The translations under genes and the position numbers were made by a program. From Eubacteriales bacterium (lineage in GTDB: Bacteria > Bacillota > Clostridia > Oscillospirales > CAG-272), in the NCBI GenBank assembly GCA_045534435.1, contig JAZSJS010000030.1, positions 1 through 59,247 on the forward strand: a stretch of DNA of 59,247 nt, in the 5' to 3' direction. Below the pieces are notes generated by a model. The model searched no databases. It saw only the letters and a program-made list of their open reading frames with translations, and was not told the origin of the DNA. Below are positions 9,778 to 19,779 of the stretch, one piece after another. Every line of letters begins with the position of its first letter. Positions within the stretch are counted from its first letter, which is position 1.

Positions 9778-12183
9778 TCAGCCTCGGAGCTCCAGGCCCA
9801 TCTTGAACTTCAGATCATTCAAGATCTTCTTGGAAACCTTGTCGGCTTCTTCCACGGTCAGCGTGCGATCTGCGGCACGGAGCGTGACACGCAGGGAGAC
9901 CGACTTTTTGTTTTCACCGATCTGCGGACCGCGGTAAATGTCGAACAGCGCGACGTTTTCCACCAGCTTTCCGCCGGCCTTTGCCATCACGCCCTCGATT
10001 GCGCCAACCTCCATCTCCTCGTCACAAACAAAGGAGAAGTCACGCGTGGTTGCGGGATATTTGGGCAACGCGCGGTATGCCTTTTCGGTGTTTGCAAGCG
10101 CGAAGAGACGGGCAAAGTTGATCTCTGCCACGAAAACAGGCAGATTCATATCGTAATTTGCCGCCATCAGAGGATGTGCCTGACCAAAGACCGCAATCTC
10201 GGTGCCATCCTCGGCAAAAATCTTTGCACATCTGCCGGGATGGTAAGCGGGATTGTCGGTGCAAGCCGTCACGGTTGCATGCTTGATGCCTGCAAGACGG
10301 AGCAGATTTTCACAAACGCCCTTGAGTGCGTAGAAATCGGTGTTTCCGTAAGCACCGATCGTCAGCACTGCCGGCTCATCGGGAAGCTCGTTGGCGGATT
10401 CCTTGGGCAAATAAATCTTTGCAATCTCAAACAGGCGAACGTTTTCGTTGTTGAAGTTGTTGTTGCGCGCCAGAACCTCCATCATGGAAGGAAGGGCGGT
10501 GGTGCGCATCACGCTCGTGTCCTCTCCCAAGGGGTTGGAGATCACCACAGAGCGACGAAGCGGCGAATCCGCGGGCATACGAACCTTGTCGTAATATTTC
10601 GGGCTGATGAAGGAGAAGGTGTGGATCTGAGAATAGCCCATACCGACCATCGCAGCCTCGGTATCCAGTTCGAACTGCTGGCTTTCGCTTCTGCCGCCCA
10701 GAGTGGTTTCTGCGTTCATGGTGGAGGATTCGATCTTGTCGTAACCGTAAATACGGCAAACCTCCTCCGCAATGTCGTTCATGCATCCAAGGTCGGCACG
10801 GAAGGAAGGAACGTAGATCTTGCCATCCTCGACGCGGCATCCGAGACCTGTCAGCGTGGTCAGCATTTGCTCCTCGGGGATGTTCATGCCGAGGAACTCG
10901 TTGTAGCGTGCGGGAGTGAAGGGAAGCACCGTGGGAGTCCAGGGCGTGGGATAAACATCAATGATGCCGTCGACCACGTCACCCGCACCCAACAGCTCAA
11001 CCAATTCGCAAGCGCGCTCCAGGCCCGCCATGCAGTTTTCGGGATCAAGTCCCTTTTCAAAGCGTGCGGAGGATTCGGTGCGCATACCGTTTTTCTTTGC
11101 GGTGACGCGGACCGATGCGCCGTTGAAGCAAGCCGATTCAAAGACGACGGTTGCGGTCTTTTCGGTGATCTCAGAGTTTGCACCACCCATCACACCTGCC
11201 AGAGCGCAGGCCTTTTTGCTGTCTGCGATGACGAGCATCGAGCTGTCCAGCGTGTGATCCTGATCGTCGAGAGAACGGAAGCTTTCACCTTCTGCCGCAC
11301 GGCGCACGTCGATTGCCGAGCCCTCAAGCTGCTGATAGTCAAAGGCGTGCATGGGCTGACCGTATTCCAGCATGACGTAGTTGGTGATGTCTACGATATT
11401 ATTGATCGGACGCACACCCGACGCGCGCAGACGCATCCTCATCCACAGAGGCGAGGGTGCAATCTTCACATTTTTGACCACTCTTGCCGCATAGCGGTAG
11501 CAGAGGTCGGGGGCAGAGATTCCCACCTTGAGATAGTTTTCGATCTTGTCGCCGTCACCCGCACCCTTGACAACGGGCGCCTTGACGGTCAGTTCTTTTC
11601 CAAAGGAAACGGGGGGCTCGCGTGCAAGACCGATGACGGAAAGACAGTCGGGGCGGTTGGAGGTGATCTCAAACTCCACCGAGGTGTCGTTCAGCATCAG
11701 CACGTCGCGAATGTCGTCGCCAATGCGATCCTCAAATTCCTCATCAAGGATCAGAATGCCGTTTTCCTCCTTGCCGGGGCATTCATGCGCCGTCAGCTTC
11801 AATTCACCCATGGAGCAGAGCATTCCGTCAGACTCCACGCCGCGCAGCTTTCCTGCCTTGATCACGATGTCACCCGGCAGCTTTGCCACGGGAAGAGCGG
11901 CGGGCACCAGCGCGCCGACAAAGACGTTTTGCGCGCCGGTCACGATCTGAATATCATGTCCGTGCTTCTCGCCCGCATCCAAACGGCAGACCCAGAGGTG
12001 ATCCGAGTCGGGGTGCTTTTCCATTTTGGTTACCTTTGCAACCACCACGTTTTCAATATCCTCGCCAAGGACCTCAAAGCCCTCGACCTTCGATCCCGTG
12101 ATCGTCAGCTTGTCACAGTAGGTTTTATTGTCGATCTCGTCGACGTTGACGAAATCGGAAAGCCAATTTCTTGAAAGATTCAT
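9778..12183 (-). CDS. pheT: Phenylalanine--tRNA ligase beta subunit
   Basis: 801 aa. N-terminus MNLSRNWLSDFV, tRNA-binding domain (KHPDSDHLWVCRLD), B3/4, B5 and C-terminal FDX-ACB domains. Lies immediately downstream of pheS. Confidence 0.95.
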   Translation of the reverse strand: MNLSRNWLSDFVNVDEIDNKTYCDKLTITGSKVEGFEVLGEDIENVVVAKVTKMEKHPDSDHLWVCRLDAGEKHGHDIQIVTGAQNVFVGALVPAALPVAKLPGDIVIKAGKLRGVESDGMLCSMGELKLTAHECPGKEENGILILDEEFEDRIGDDIRDVLMLNDTSVEFEITSNRPDCLSVIGLAREPPVSFGKELTVKAPVVKGAGDGDKIENYLKVGISAPDLCYRYAARVVKNVKIAPSPLWMRMRLRASGVRPINNIVDITNYVMLEYGQPMHAFDYQQLEGSAIDVRRAAEGESFRSLDDQDHTLDSSMLVIADSKKACALAGVMGGANSEITEKTATVVFESACFNGASVRVTAKKNGMRTESSARFEKGLDPENCMAGLERACELVELLGAGDVVDGIIDVYPTPWTPTVLPFTPARYNEFLGMNIPEEQMLTTLTGLGCRVEDGKIYVPSFRADLGCMNDIAEEVCRIYGYDKIESSTMNAETTLGGRSESQQFELDTEAAMVGMGYSQIHTFSFISPKYYDKVRMPADSPLRRSVVISNPLGEDTSVMRTTALPSMMEVLARNNNFNNENVRLFEIAKIYLPKESANELPDEPAVLTIGAYGNTDFYALKGVCENLLRLAGIKHATVTACTDNPAYHPGRCAKIFAEDGTEIAVFGQAHPLMAANYDMNLPVFVAEINFARLFALANTEKAYRALPKYPATTRDFSFVCDEEMEVGAIEGVMAKAGGKLVENVALFDIYRGPQIGENKKSVSLRVTLRAADRTLTVEEADKVSKKILNDLKFKMGLELRG

Positions 12184-12199
12184 ATGCTTGCTCCTCCTA

Positions 12200-13219
12200 T
12201 CAGAACTGTTCGAGGAAACGCTCGTCGTTTTCGTAGAACAGACGGATGTCGTCGATGCCGTATTTTGTCATGGCGATACGCTCCACGCCAAGGCCGAACG
12301 CAAATCCCGAATATTCCTCGGGATCGATTCCGCAATTGGAAAGAACGAAGGGGTGCACCATACCGGCGCCCAAAATCTCGATCCATCCCTCGCCCTTGCA
12401 AAGTCTGCAGCCCTTGCCGCCGCAAACGAAGCAGGAAACGTCAACCTCGGCAGACGGCTCGGTGAACGGGAAGTGGTGAGGACGGAAGCGGATCCTTGTG
12501 CTTTCGCCAAACATCTTTTTTGCAAAGATCTCAAGCGTTCCCTTGAGGTCTCCCATGGTGATTCCCTTGTCAACCACCAAGCCCTCCAGCTGATGGAAGA
12601 GGGGAGAGTGCGTGGAGTCCAGCGCGTCGGAGCGATAGACACGTCCGGGGGAAATGATGCGGATCGGAGGCTTTTTGTGCTCCATGGTGCGCACCTGCAC
12701 GGGAGAGGTCTGAGAGCGAAGCAGGACGTTTTCCGCGATATAGAAGGTATCCTGCGTATCGCGTGCAGGGTGATTTTCCGGAATGTTCAGGGCCTGGAAG
12801 TTATAGTAATCCAGCTCCACCTCGGGACCCTCAACGATCGAAAAGCCCATGCCGATGAAGATGTTTTCAAGCTCTCTTTGCACCTGCGTCAAGGGATGAA
12901 TATGTCCCACGGGAGTTTCCTTGGCGGGCATGGTAACGTCCAGCTTTTCCGCCTTCAGCTGCTCCTCGAGCGCTTTTGCCTGCAATTCCTTGTTCTTTTC
13001 CGCCAGCATCGCCTCGATGTCGGCACGAACCTCGTTTGCCAATTGACCGATCATGGGGCGTTCCTCTGCGGAAAGCGCGCCCATACCGCGCAACACGGCG
13101 GTCAATTCACCTTTTTTTCCAAGATATTTGATTTTGATCTGTTCCAGATCTGCATTTTCGGCTTGGATCTGCTCCAAAGCCTCGCTGCGAATTCGTGACA
13201 GCTTTTCTTTCATCCTCAC
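12200..13219 (-). CDS. pheS: Phenylalanine--tRNA ligase alpha subunit
   Basis: 339 aa. Motifs [23 protein letters not shown] and [16 protein letters not shown] start sits 6 nt after AAAGGA. Confidence 0.95.
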   Translation of the reverse strand: MRMKEKLSRIRSEALEQIQAENADLEQIKIKYLGKKGELTAVLRGMGALSAEERPMIGQLANEVRADIEAMLAEKNKELQAKALEEQLKAEKLDVTMPAKETPVGHIHPLTQVQRELENIFIGMGFSIVEGPEVELDYYNFQALNIPENHPARDTQDTFYIAENVLLRSQTSPVQVRTMEHKKPPIRIISPGRVYRSDALDSTHSPLFHQLEGLVVDKGITMGDLKGTLEIFAKKMFGESTRIRFRPHHFPFTEPSAEVDVSCFVCGGKGCRLCKGEGWIEILGAGMVHPFVLSNCGIDPEEYSGFAFGLGVERIAMTKYGIDDIRLFYENDERFLEQF

Positions 13220-13254
13220 TGTACATCCTTTCCGTTATTTCTTGCTGTGCGGAG

Positions 13255-13515
13255 GGCAACAAAAAAACGCCCGTCCAACGATCAGGACGAGGCGCAAAAC
13301 CCCCGCGGTACCACCCGATTTTCGGCTCAAAGCCAACACTTTGACGGCGGATAACGGTGCCTGCCGTACCGAACTGGGCCCGGAAACGAGGGCGTTGATT
13401 CGGTCTGCTCCAAAGGGAAATGCCGCACAAATCGGTATATGCCGCTTTCAGCCGAGGCGGCACTCTCTGTGATACGGAATGATCTGCGGGCGAACTTTAT
13501 CATCGCATTTCAACA
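13255..13515 (-). promoter_or_regulatory. T-box leader (Phe specifier) controlling pheST
   Basis: Read on the minus strand. Stem I starts GCGATGATAAAG with an AGAGAG bulge. UUU/UUC (plus 13417-13420) lies just upstream of the GGAGCA closing Stem I. T-box core GGGTGGTACCGCGG is at plus 13303-13316. The terminator GCGCCTCGTCC...GGACGGGCG plus TTTTTTT is at plus 13261-13295. Confidence 0.85.
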
Positions 13516-13521
13516 CCGAAT

Positions 13522-13550
13522 AGTATAACATATTTTCTTTTTCTTGTCAA
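13522..13550 (-). promoter_or_regulatory. Sigma-A type promoter for the pheST leader
   Basis: On the minus strand: TTGACA, 17 nt, TATACT. Confidence 0.7.
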
Positions 13551-13635
13551 GAGTTTGTCGAAAAAATCTTTCCTTATTATATTTGCAAAAAGAATGACGG
13601 AAAACAAACGTTTTCCGTCATTCGGATGATTGATT

Positions 13636-16146
13636 TTATTTGCCGATCTTGTCCCAAGCGATCGTGGGGAATTCAGAAAAGATCGAAACGGTCTCACCCT
13701 TGGAATCTACGTAGGTGTAATCCTCGAAATCCTTCAGGTTTGTCTTGCGGAAGTATGCGGGGATATAATAGGTGTTGGTCACGTTGGTGATCTGATCGCT
13801 GACGATCACTGCGTTCTGGTTGAAGAGAACGGGGATCACAGGAAGATCCTGCATCAGAATCAGCTCTGCCTTGTGGAGGAGAACCATCTTCTGCTGGGTC
13901 CAATCAGAGGTCTTTGCAGAAGGCGTGATGCCGTTTTCTGCGTAGATCTTGCTGACGATTTCATAAAGCGTGCTGGAATCTGCAAGCTTTGCAGCCTCCA
14001 TCGCTTCCTGTGCGGCAGTGTTGACAGCATTTGCTGCAACATAGATCTTTTCTGCTGCTGCAACGTAAGCGGCATTCAGCTGGGAAGCGGTGAGGTCGTC
14101 ATCCTCGGTTTTCTTGAGTGCGGAAATGACGTTTGCGATTGCCACGTTGACGTTATCCTTGGCAACGAAAACCTGCTCGGAAACCTCATAGGATCTGGAG
14201 AGCTCCAATGCAGCCTCCTGGAGGGAGAGGAGCGCGTCCTCAAAGTGTGCGATCTTTTCGGTTGCGATGATGGTGTTCAAGCCGGCAGAAGCGGAAACCT
14301 TGGAATCGTTTGCCAAAGCACGTGCGGACTGAGCCAGCATGTTTGCCATATCAATGTAGGGCTGCTGGGTCTTGATTCTGCCGAGCGTTGCCGAGGTGGT
14401 GGAATCAAGCGTTGCGAAATAAGGAATATAGTAGATTGCTTCCATCAGGTTATTGTATTCCATGCACATATAACCGGTGGAGTTTTTATCAAACAGATAA
14501 TCTGTTGCGTCAAAGCCGGTCTCTTCGTCCTTGTAGGTCGCGATCTTCAGACCCATGCCGGAGAATGCGGTTGCATAGTTGGCGAGCATGGAGTATGCGT
14601 CTACGGAGAAGGCATTGTAATCAAACGCGATGACCTCGTAGTCATTGCTTTGCAGCGCCTCGATGAAGCGGTCGTCACAGACGTCGTTCGGGGTATCGTT
14701 GACTTCCTTGAGATAGTCGTTGTTGGTGATCGGAGTCATTTCAACAACGGTTACGTTGAAGCCGAGCGTCTTCCAAGCCTCGGCAACCTGGGTTGCGATC
14801 TTGACGTTTTCTGCGTCGTAGGAGGGAACCTTGATGCTGAAAGAGTACTTGGATGCGTCGATGCCCGCATTGGTCAGCAGCGTCTTTGCCGCGTCGACGT
14901 TTGCGGTGGTCTGGAGAAGGTTACCGCCCGTTGTGCGGAAATCGGTCTTCGAGATCTTGCCGCCTTCAAAGACACCGGGGCAAACGAGAGCAGATGCGGC
15001 AGTTGCATAAACAACCGACTGTGCGATCGCCTCGCGGTCGATTGCAAGAGAAAGTGCCTGACGGACAGCCTTGTTTGCAAAGAGCATCGAGCCGTTTGCG
15101 CCGTCGTCGATTACTGCATATTCATTCAGATAGCAGACGAAGGTGGAAAGTGCGTTGCTGACCTGAGCCTGCTCGCTGACAAACGCATCGCCTCTGAGAG
15201 AGAGCGGAATGCTTCCCATATAGAAGAGCTTGCCGTTTTTGTAGTCCTCAAGCAGCTGCTCGGGGGTCTTGGTGCAATCCACGAGGATACGGTAGTTGGT
15301 AACCGCTTTGTCGATCGAGTCGCGTTTTACGTCGCGCATATAGTAGGTGTTGCGCTCCAGATAGAAATAACTGACCGATTTGAGCTTGGAGGATGCGCTC
15401 TTGATTTCTCCGGCAGAGTTCTTCGCGTTGTCGTCCATTACCTCGATGGCATTGCCCTTTTCATTCAGGATCTCGGAATAAATGATCTTTCCGAGCTTGT
15501 AGGGACCGCTGGTGACCATGGTGGAGTTCTTCTTTGCCCAGTCTGCATTCTTGGTGACATAGTTTTCCAGAAGGGGAGCGGTTGCGACGCTGGTCAGATT
15601 GAGAATGAACTGATCGTAGTCGATCGGGCCCTCGAAGGTGATCTTCAGCGTGTCGATTCCGACTGCCTCGATACCCACGTTGTCGATGCTTTCATCGCCT
15701 TCCTTCACGGCGCGGGCGTTCTTGATGTCAAACAGAAGGGAAGCCGCCTCATAGTTGTTGGTGGAGGTCAGCAGACGTCTCCAAGCAAACGCAACGTCAT
15801 CTGCGCTCAGCTGAATGCCGTTGCTCCAATAGGTTTCCTCCAGAACGATTTCCATATAATGCTCGCCGGTTCTCTTGTCGACGAGGAAATCGTAATCCTT
15901 TACCAATGCTTTCTTTACCTTGCCGTTCGCCTCAAGCTTGAACAGCGTCTCAAACATCATGCTGACGACGTTGAGTGCATCTGCGTTGTAGTAGGCATTT
16001 GCAGGGTCAAAATCATAGATGTCGTCGGTCAGATACATGGTGATGTACGCGCCGGGATCTTCTTCTTCCTCGGTTTTCGCACAAGCCGTGAAACAGAGAA
16101 GAAGCATAACGGCGGACAAAAGAAGTGCAATGATCCGTTTTGACAT
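13636..16146 (-). CDS. Family-5 (peptide/nickel, OppA-like) ABC substrate-binding lipoprotein, oversized
   Basis: Signal peptide with lipobox LLLCFTAC. SBP_bac_5-like N-terminus (DFDPANAYYNADALNVVSMMFETLFKL). About 200 extra Ala-rich helical residues sit near the C-terminal third. No permease or ATPase genes are adjacent. Confidence 0.8.
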   Translation of the reverse strand: MSKRIIALLLSAVMLLLCFTACAKTEEEEDPGAYITMYLTDDIYDFDPANAYYNADALNVVSMMFETLFKLEANGKVKKALVKDYDFLVDKRTGEHYMEIVLEETYWSNGIQLSADDVAFAWRRLLTSTNNYEAASLLFDIKNARAVKEGDESIDNVGIEAVGIDTLKITFEGPIDYDQFILNLTSVATAPLLENYVTKNADWAKKNSTMVTSGPYKLGKIIYSEILNEKGNAIEVMDDNAKNSAGEIKSASSKLKSVSYFYLERNTYYMRDVKRDSIDKAVTNYRILVDCTKTPEQLLEDYKNGKLFYMGSIPLSLRGDAFVSEQAQVSNALSTFVCYLNEYAVIDDGANGSMLFANKAVRQALSLAIDREAIAQSVVYATAASALVCPGVFEGGKISKTDFRTTGGNLLQTTANVDAAKTLLTNAGIDASKYSFSIKVPSYDAENVKIATQVAEAWKTLGFNVTVVEMTPITNNDYLKEVNDTPNDVCDDRFIEALQSNDYEVIAFDYNAFSVDAYSMLANYATAFSGMGLKIATYKDEETGFDATDYLFDKNSTGYMCMEYNNLMEAIYYIPYFATLDSTTSATLGRIKTQQPYIDMANMLAQSARALANDSKVSASAGLNTIIATEKIAHFEDALLSLQEAALELSRSYEVSEQVFVAKDNVNVAIANVISALKKTEDDDLTASQLNAAYVAAAEKIYVAANAVNTAAQEAMEAAKLADSSTLYEIVSKIYAENGITPSAKTSDWTQQKMVLLHKAELILMQDLPVIPVLFNQNAVIVSDQITNVTNTYYIPAYFRKTNLKDFEDYTYVDSKGETVSIFSEFPTIAWDKIGK

Positions 16147-16336
16147 AGTGGTGTAAATCCTCCTCATAAGTGAAAAATCGGAATGGCCGCAATTGCGCCA
16201 TAAGTGTACCCCTATATTATAAACTATTTCATATGAAATTGCAATAGATTCCCAAATTTTTTAATGTATATTTTGTTAATTTTCTTTCCAAAGTAAGTAC
16301 AAACGGCATTTTTTCTCGAAAAGAGAGGGCAAAAGA

Positions 16337-17227
16337 ATGGATTTTTACGTGCGAAGCGACCTGGCTTGTGAAAGCTGCGGTGAAAATATCGGTGAACTGG
16401 AGGGCACGGATTGGAGCGTCGACGAAAGCTCGGGGTTTCGTGTCAGTCGCCTGGCGGTCAGAACGGTCGAGGCGGCGAGGCGGCTTGAAAAGGAGGAGGG
16501 AACCTATATTACCGTGGAATGCGGGAAAATGAACGGCATGAGCGAGGATGATGCAAGGCTTTTGGAAAGCCTGCTTGCGGAGGAGCTTCGGGAAATGGCA
16601 GAACGCCTGTGTCGGAAGTCGGTGGGGAGTGAATTCGGGGTTTTTGTGGCAGGACTCGGGAACGTCGAGATGACTGCGGATGCCATCGGGCCAAAGACGG
16701 TGCGACGGCTGACGGCAACGCGGCATTTGAAGCAATACGAAAAGGGGTTGTATCGGGAAATCGGATGTGCCGCGCTTTCCACGCTTGCACCGGGGGTATT
16801 GGGGCAGACGGGCATTGAGACGCTCGAGCTTTTGCGCGGTGCCGTCCGGTGCGTCCGTCCCGACGTGATCGTTGTTGTCGATGCCTTGGCGGCGCGCAGC
16901 TGTGATCGCTTGGCGTCAACGGTGCAGATCAGCGACGTCGGGATTCGTCCCGGGGCGGGAGTGGGGAATCATCGCGCTCCGATCAGTGCCAAAACTCTGG
17001 AGATCCCCGTGATCGCGATCGGTGTTCCCACCGTCGTCAATTCCTCCACGTTGGTTTACGATGCCCTGCATACGGCGGGAATCCGTGAGATCGACGATTC
17101 ACTGAAAAGGGTGCTGGAGAACGGAAAGAGCTTTTTCGTTTCACCAAAGGAAAGTGACGTGATCACAGAGGCGGTCTCAAGCCTGCTTGCCAACGCCATC
17201 GGTTTGGCATTTACGGGAATCGTCTGA
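16337..17227 (+). CDS. gpr: Germination protease (GPR endopeptidase)
   Basis: 296 aa. N-terminus VRSDLACES, then GLGNVEMTADAIGP and VVDALAARS, typical of spore protease. Adjacent to spoIIP, as in other spore formers. Confidence 0.88.
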   Translation: MDFYVRSDLACESCGENIGELEGTDWSVDESSGFRVSRLAVRTVEAARRLEKEEGTYITVECGKMNGMSEDDARLLESLLAEELREMAERLCRKSVGSEFGVFVAGLGNVEMTADAIGPKTVRRLTATRHLKQYEKGLYREIGCAALSTLAPGVLGQTGIETLELLRGAVRCVRPDVIVVVDALAARSCDRLASTVQISDVGIRPGAGVGNHRAPISAKTLEIPVIAIGVPTVVNSSTLVYDALHTAGIREIDDSLKRVLENGKSFFVSPKESDVITEAVSSLLANAIGLAFTGIV

Positions 17228-17313
17228 GATCTCATCGGGCTTCATATTTTGATCCGTGGCGGCATATAGTAGAGCGAGAACAGGAGCTTTTTGAAAGGAA
17301 ACGGAATGCGCTT

Positions 17314-18390
17314 ATGGAACAAAAGCCGATACAAAATGCACTGCCGCCAAATCGGCAGGAGATATCATTGGAAGGAACTTTTTGCGGAAAATACCGCGTT
17401 TTTGCGGTGTTTTTGATCTGTTGCGCCCTTTTGGTTGCCGCATTTGCCTTCAGTGCGGTCTGGATGAACAAGGGCGGTGAGGATTGGTTTTTTGGCAAGG
17501 GCGATCAGGAAACGGTCTCGGGCGGCGAGGAAACCAAAGAGCCTCCGCCGGAGGCGGAGACCGCGGGGAATTTGAAAGAGGATCCTCCTTCCACCATGAT
17601 TCCGGAGAATGCCACCCCCGTGATAGCAAAGGATCTTGCGGCACTTTCCTTGGGCAGGGGTTATTTACATAATGAAACGGCATACACTCCGAATGTCGGG
17701 CAATTGCTCGAAATGGATCTTTCGCGCCCGACCTCGCCCGACCGGCCGATCGTTCTGATCCTGCACACGCACACAAGCGAAAGCTATCTGGCAAAGGGAA
17801 CGGCATATCTCACCGAGCCGATCGGAGATCTGACCTATTCACGCGAGGAAACGGAAAATATCTTGTCTGTCGGAGAAACGCTTTGCAGGGCCTTGAACGA
17901 AAAAGGCATCACCGCACTGCACTGTACGGTGATGCATGATGAACCGAGTCTTGGTGGCGCGTATCGCCGCTCGGCAGAAACGGTCAAGCAATATTTAGAG
18001 CAATATCCCGAGATCGAATACGTGATCGATCTGCATCGCGATTCGGTCACAACGCCGGACGGCAAGATCGTTCGCTCTCTCGGAAGAACCGAGGGCGGGG
18101 AAGAGGTTGCACAGATCATGGCGGTTGTCGGCACCGACGGGAACGGAACGCGATTGGATCATTGGGAAGAGAACCTTGCTCTGGCCCTGCAGCTGCGCGA
18201 GAAGCTCAACGGGGAGGGCGGCTCTGTCTGCCGTCCGGTATCCTTGCGAAATGAATCCTTCAATCAGGAGCTTGCCGAGCATTCTCTGTTGCTCGAAATC
18301 GGCACCTCTGCCAATTCGATCGAGGAAGCCAAGCGAGCAGCCGTGCTCTTGGCGGATGCGCTGGCGGCACTGATTCAGCCTCTGTCCTGA
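17314..18390 (+). CDS. spoIIP: Stage II sporulation protein P
   Basis: N-terminal TM anchor. Amidase-like motifs ILHTHTSESY, IDLHRDS and LLLEIGT. Confidence 0.88.
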   Translation: MEQKPIQNALPPNRQEISLEGTFCGKYRVFAVFLICCALLVAAFAFSAVWMNKGGEDWFFGKGDQETVSGGEETKEPPPEAETAGNLKEDPPSTMIPENATPVIAKDLAALSLGRGYLHNETAYTPNVGQLLEMDLSRPTSPDRPIVLILHTHTSESYLAKGTAYLTEPIGDLTYSREETENILSVGETLCRALNEKGITALHCTVMHDEPSLGGAYRRSAETVKQYLEQYPEIEYVIDLHRDSVTTPDGKIVRSLGRTEGGEEVAQIMAVVGTDGNGTRLDHWEENLALALQLREKLNGEGGSVCRPVSLRNESFNQELAEHSLLLEIGTSANSIEEAKRAAVLLADALAALIQPLS

Positions 18391-18710
18391 CGGCATCCGC
18401 GCAGGCAAAGATACTCCGCACCGACCAGAAGCGCACCGATCAAAAGGCCGCTTCCCAGCCCCAGCATTCCGCTTTCCATCGCACCGATCACGCCGACGAA
18501 TCCGACCAGACTCACAGCCATGCCGAGGAGCCTTGCCACGCGAATGACCTTGGCTTTGTTCTCTGCTTTGGAAAGCGCACAAAGAGAGGAAAGCAGGGCG
18601 TCCAGTGCTCTTTGCAGCTTGCCTGCCGGCTTTCTGACTTCTTGATAATATGCCTCGAAAATTCTGTTATTGGAATTGAAACTCTCGTTTTTGTCAAAAT
18701 AAGTATTCAT
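18375..18710 (-). CDS. Small membrane protein, unknown function
   Basis: 111 aa with a Gly-rich hydrophobic C-terminal half. GGAGG lies 6 nt before the ATG, and a perfect consensus promoter sits upstream. Its 3' end overlaps spoIIP by 16 nt. Confidence 0.6.
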   Translation of the reverse strand: MNTYFDKNESFNSNNRIFEAYYQEVRKPAGKLQRALDALLSSLCALSKAENKAKVIRVARLLGMAVSLVGFVGVIGAMESGMLGLGSGLLIGALLVGAEYLCLRGCRQDRG

Positions 18711-18752
18711 AAACATCCTCCGAAATACCAAAAATGGAACTTTCTTGCCTGT

Positions 18753-18781
18753 ATTATAACACAACAAAATCGAATTGTCAA
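18753..18781 (-). promoter_or_regulatory. Sigma-A type promoter for the small membrane protein gene
   Basis: On the minus strand: TTGACA, 17 nt, TATAAT, with an extended -10 TG. Confidence 0.7.
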
Positions 18782-18822
18782 TAGATTTTTTCCAAAAAAA
18801 GAAAAATTTTTTCAAAAAACTA

Positions 18823-18851
18823 TTTACAAAGCCGAAAATGCATGGTATAAT
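18823..18851 (+). promoter_or_regulatory. Sigma-A type promoter for the XRE/S24 regulator gene
   Basis: TTTACA, 17 nt, TATAAT, with an extended -10 (TGGTATAAT). About 30 nt upstream of the start codon. Confidence 0.7.
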
Positions 18852-18882
18852 ATTATCGTAAACGGAAAAACGGAGGTAAGAA

Positions 18883-19692
18883 ATGGAAACCTATCTGGAC
18901 CGTATCAAGAAATTGAAGAACGAGCAGAAGCTGACCAACGATCAATTGGCGGAGCGCTCGGGAATCCCTTTGGGAACCCTGAGCAAGATCCTTGCGGGCA
19001 TGAGTGACTCGCCCAAGCTTTCCACCATGATCGCACTTTGCGGAGCGCTCGGATGCTCGGTGGAATACATTGTCAACGGAACTCCGGAGAATCATCATAA
19101 TTATACGTTGAGCGCGGAGGAGATCTCCATGATGGAAGGCTATCGTCGCCTCGATCAATGGGGAAGGTCGTTGGTCGACACGGTGATTGCCAAGGAGCTT
19201 GAGCGTCTGCAGGCAACCGAGAGCGCACCGACGACGCTTCAGACCGAAAAGCCGACTGCCAGGATCCTGGCACCGATCGGCTCGGTCAACCGCTATGCGG
19301 GAGAGCCGAAGGCACGCACGGGGAAGCGGCAGATCTCGCTTTACGAGCTTCCCGTTTCGGCGGGCAGCGGAGCCTATCTCGATGCGGCGGATGCCTCCCT
19401 GATTACCATTCCGGACAGCAACAAGACCGCGGAGGCGGACTATGCTCTGCGCATCAGCGGCAACAGCATGGAGCCGAAATATCACAGCGGAGACATTCTC
19501 CTGATCCAAAGCGCCGATGCGGTGGAGGATGGAGAGCTTGGCATTTTCCTCTTGGACGGCGCGGGCTTCTTCAAGCAGTTTGCAGGGGATCGCCTCATGT
19601 CGTTGAATCCCGAATACGGCCCGATTCTGCTCAAGGATTTTTCCGACGTGCGCTGCAAGGGACGCGTGGTCGGCCGTCTCAAGCGCAGATAA
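18883..19692 (+). CDS. XRE-family HTH repressor with C-terminal S24 (LexA/CI-like) peptidase domain
   Basis: N-terminal HTH (LTNDQLAERSGIPLGTLSKILAG). C-terminal LRISGNSMEPKY...GDILLIQS...GELGIFLLDG, i.e. a Ser-Lys autoprotease pattern. Confidence 0.8.
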   Translation: METYLDRIKKLKNEQKLTNDQLAERSGIPLGTLSKILAGMSDSPKLSTMIALCGALGCSVEYIVNGTPENHHNYTLSAEEISMMEGYRRLDQWGRSLVDTVIAKELERLQATESAPTTLQTEKPTARILAPIGSVNRYAGEPKARTGKRQISLYELPVSAGSGAYLDAADASLITIPDSNKTAEADYALRISGNSMEPKYHSGDILLIQSADAVEDGELGIFLLDGAGFFKQFAGDRLMSLNPEYGPILLKDFSDVRCKGRVVGRLKRR

Positions 19693-19779
19693 CGAAAATC
19701 GAATTTCACAAAGCGAATCATTCCTTATTATAAGAGATAGAAAACAGTATTTTGAGGAATGAGTTTCGTGGAGAGCAGC

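Noticed and set aside
13630-16143. 837-aa ORF on the plus strand
   Set aside because: It is exactly antisense to the binding-protein gene. It has no RBS, signal or recognisable motif, and its composition (Val/Gly/Cys/Asp-rich) is typical of a shadow frame. The minus-strand ORF has a lipoprotein signal and SBP family features.
16266-16295. Forespore (sigma-F/G-type) promoter upstream of gpr (GTATA, 18 nt, CAAAGTA), with a similar GAATA-18-CAATACT upstream of sigG (about 30665-30700, minus strand)
   Set aside because: They are plausible given the genes they precede. However, the matches to degenerate consensus sequences recalled from Bacillus subtilis are imperfect, so they are not listed as features.
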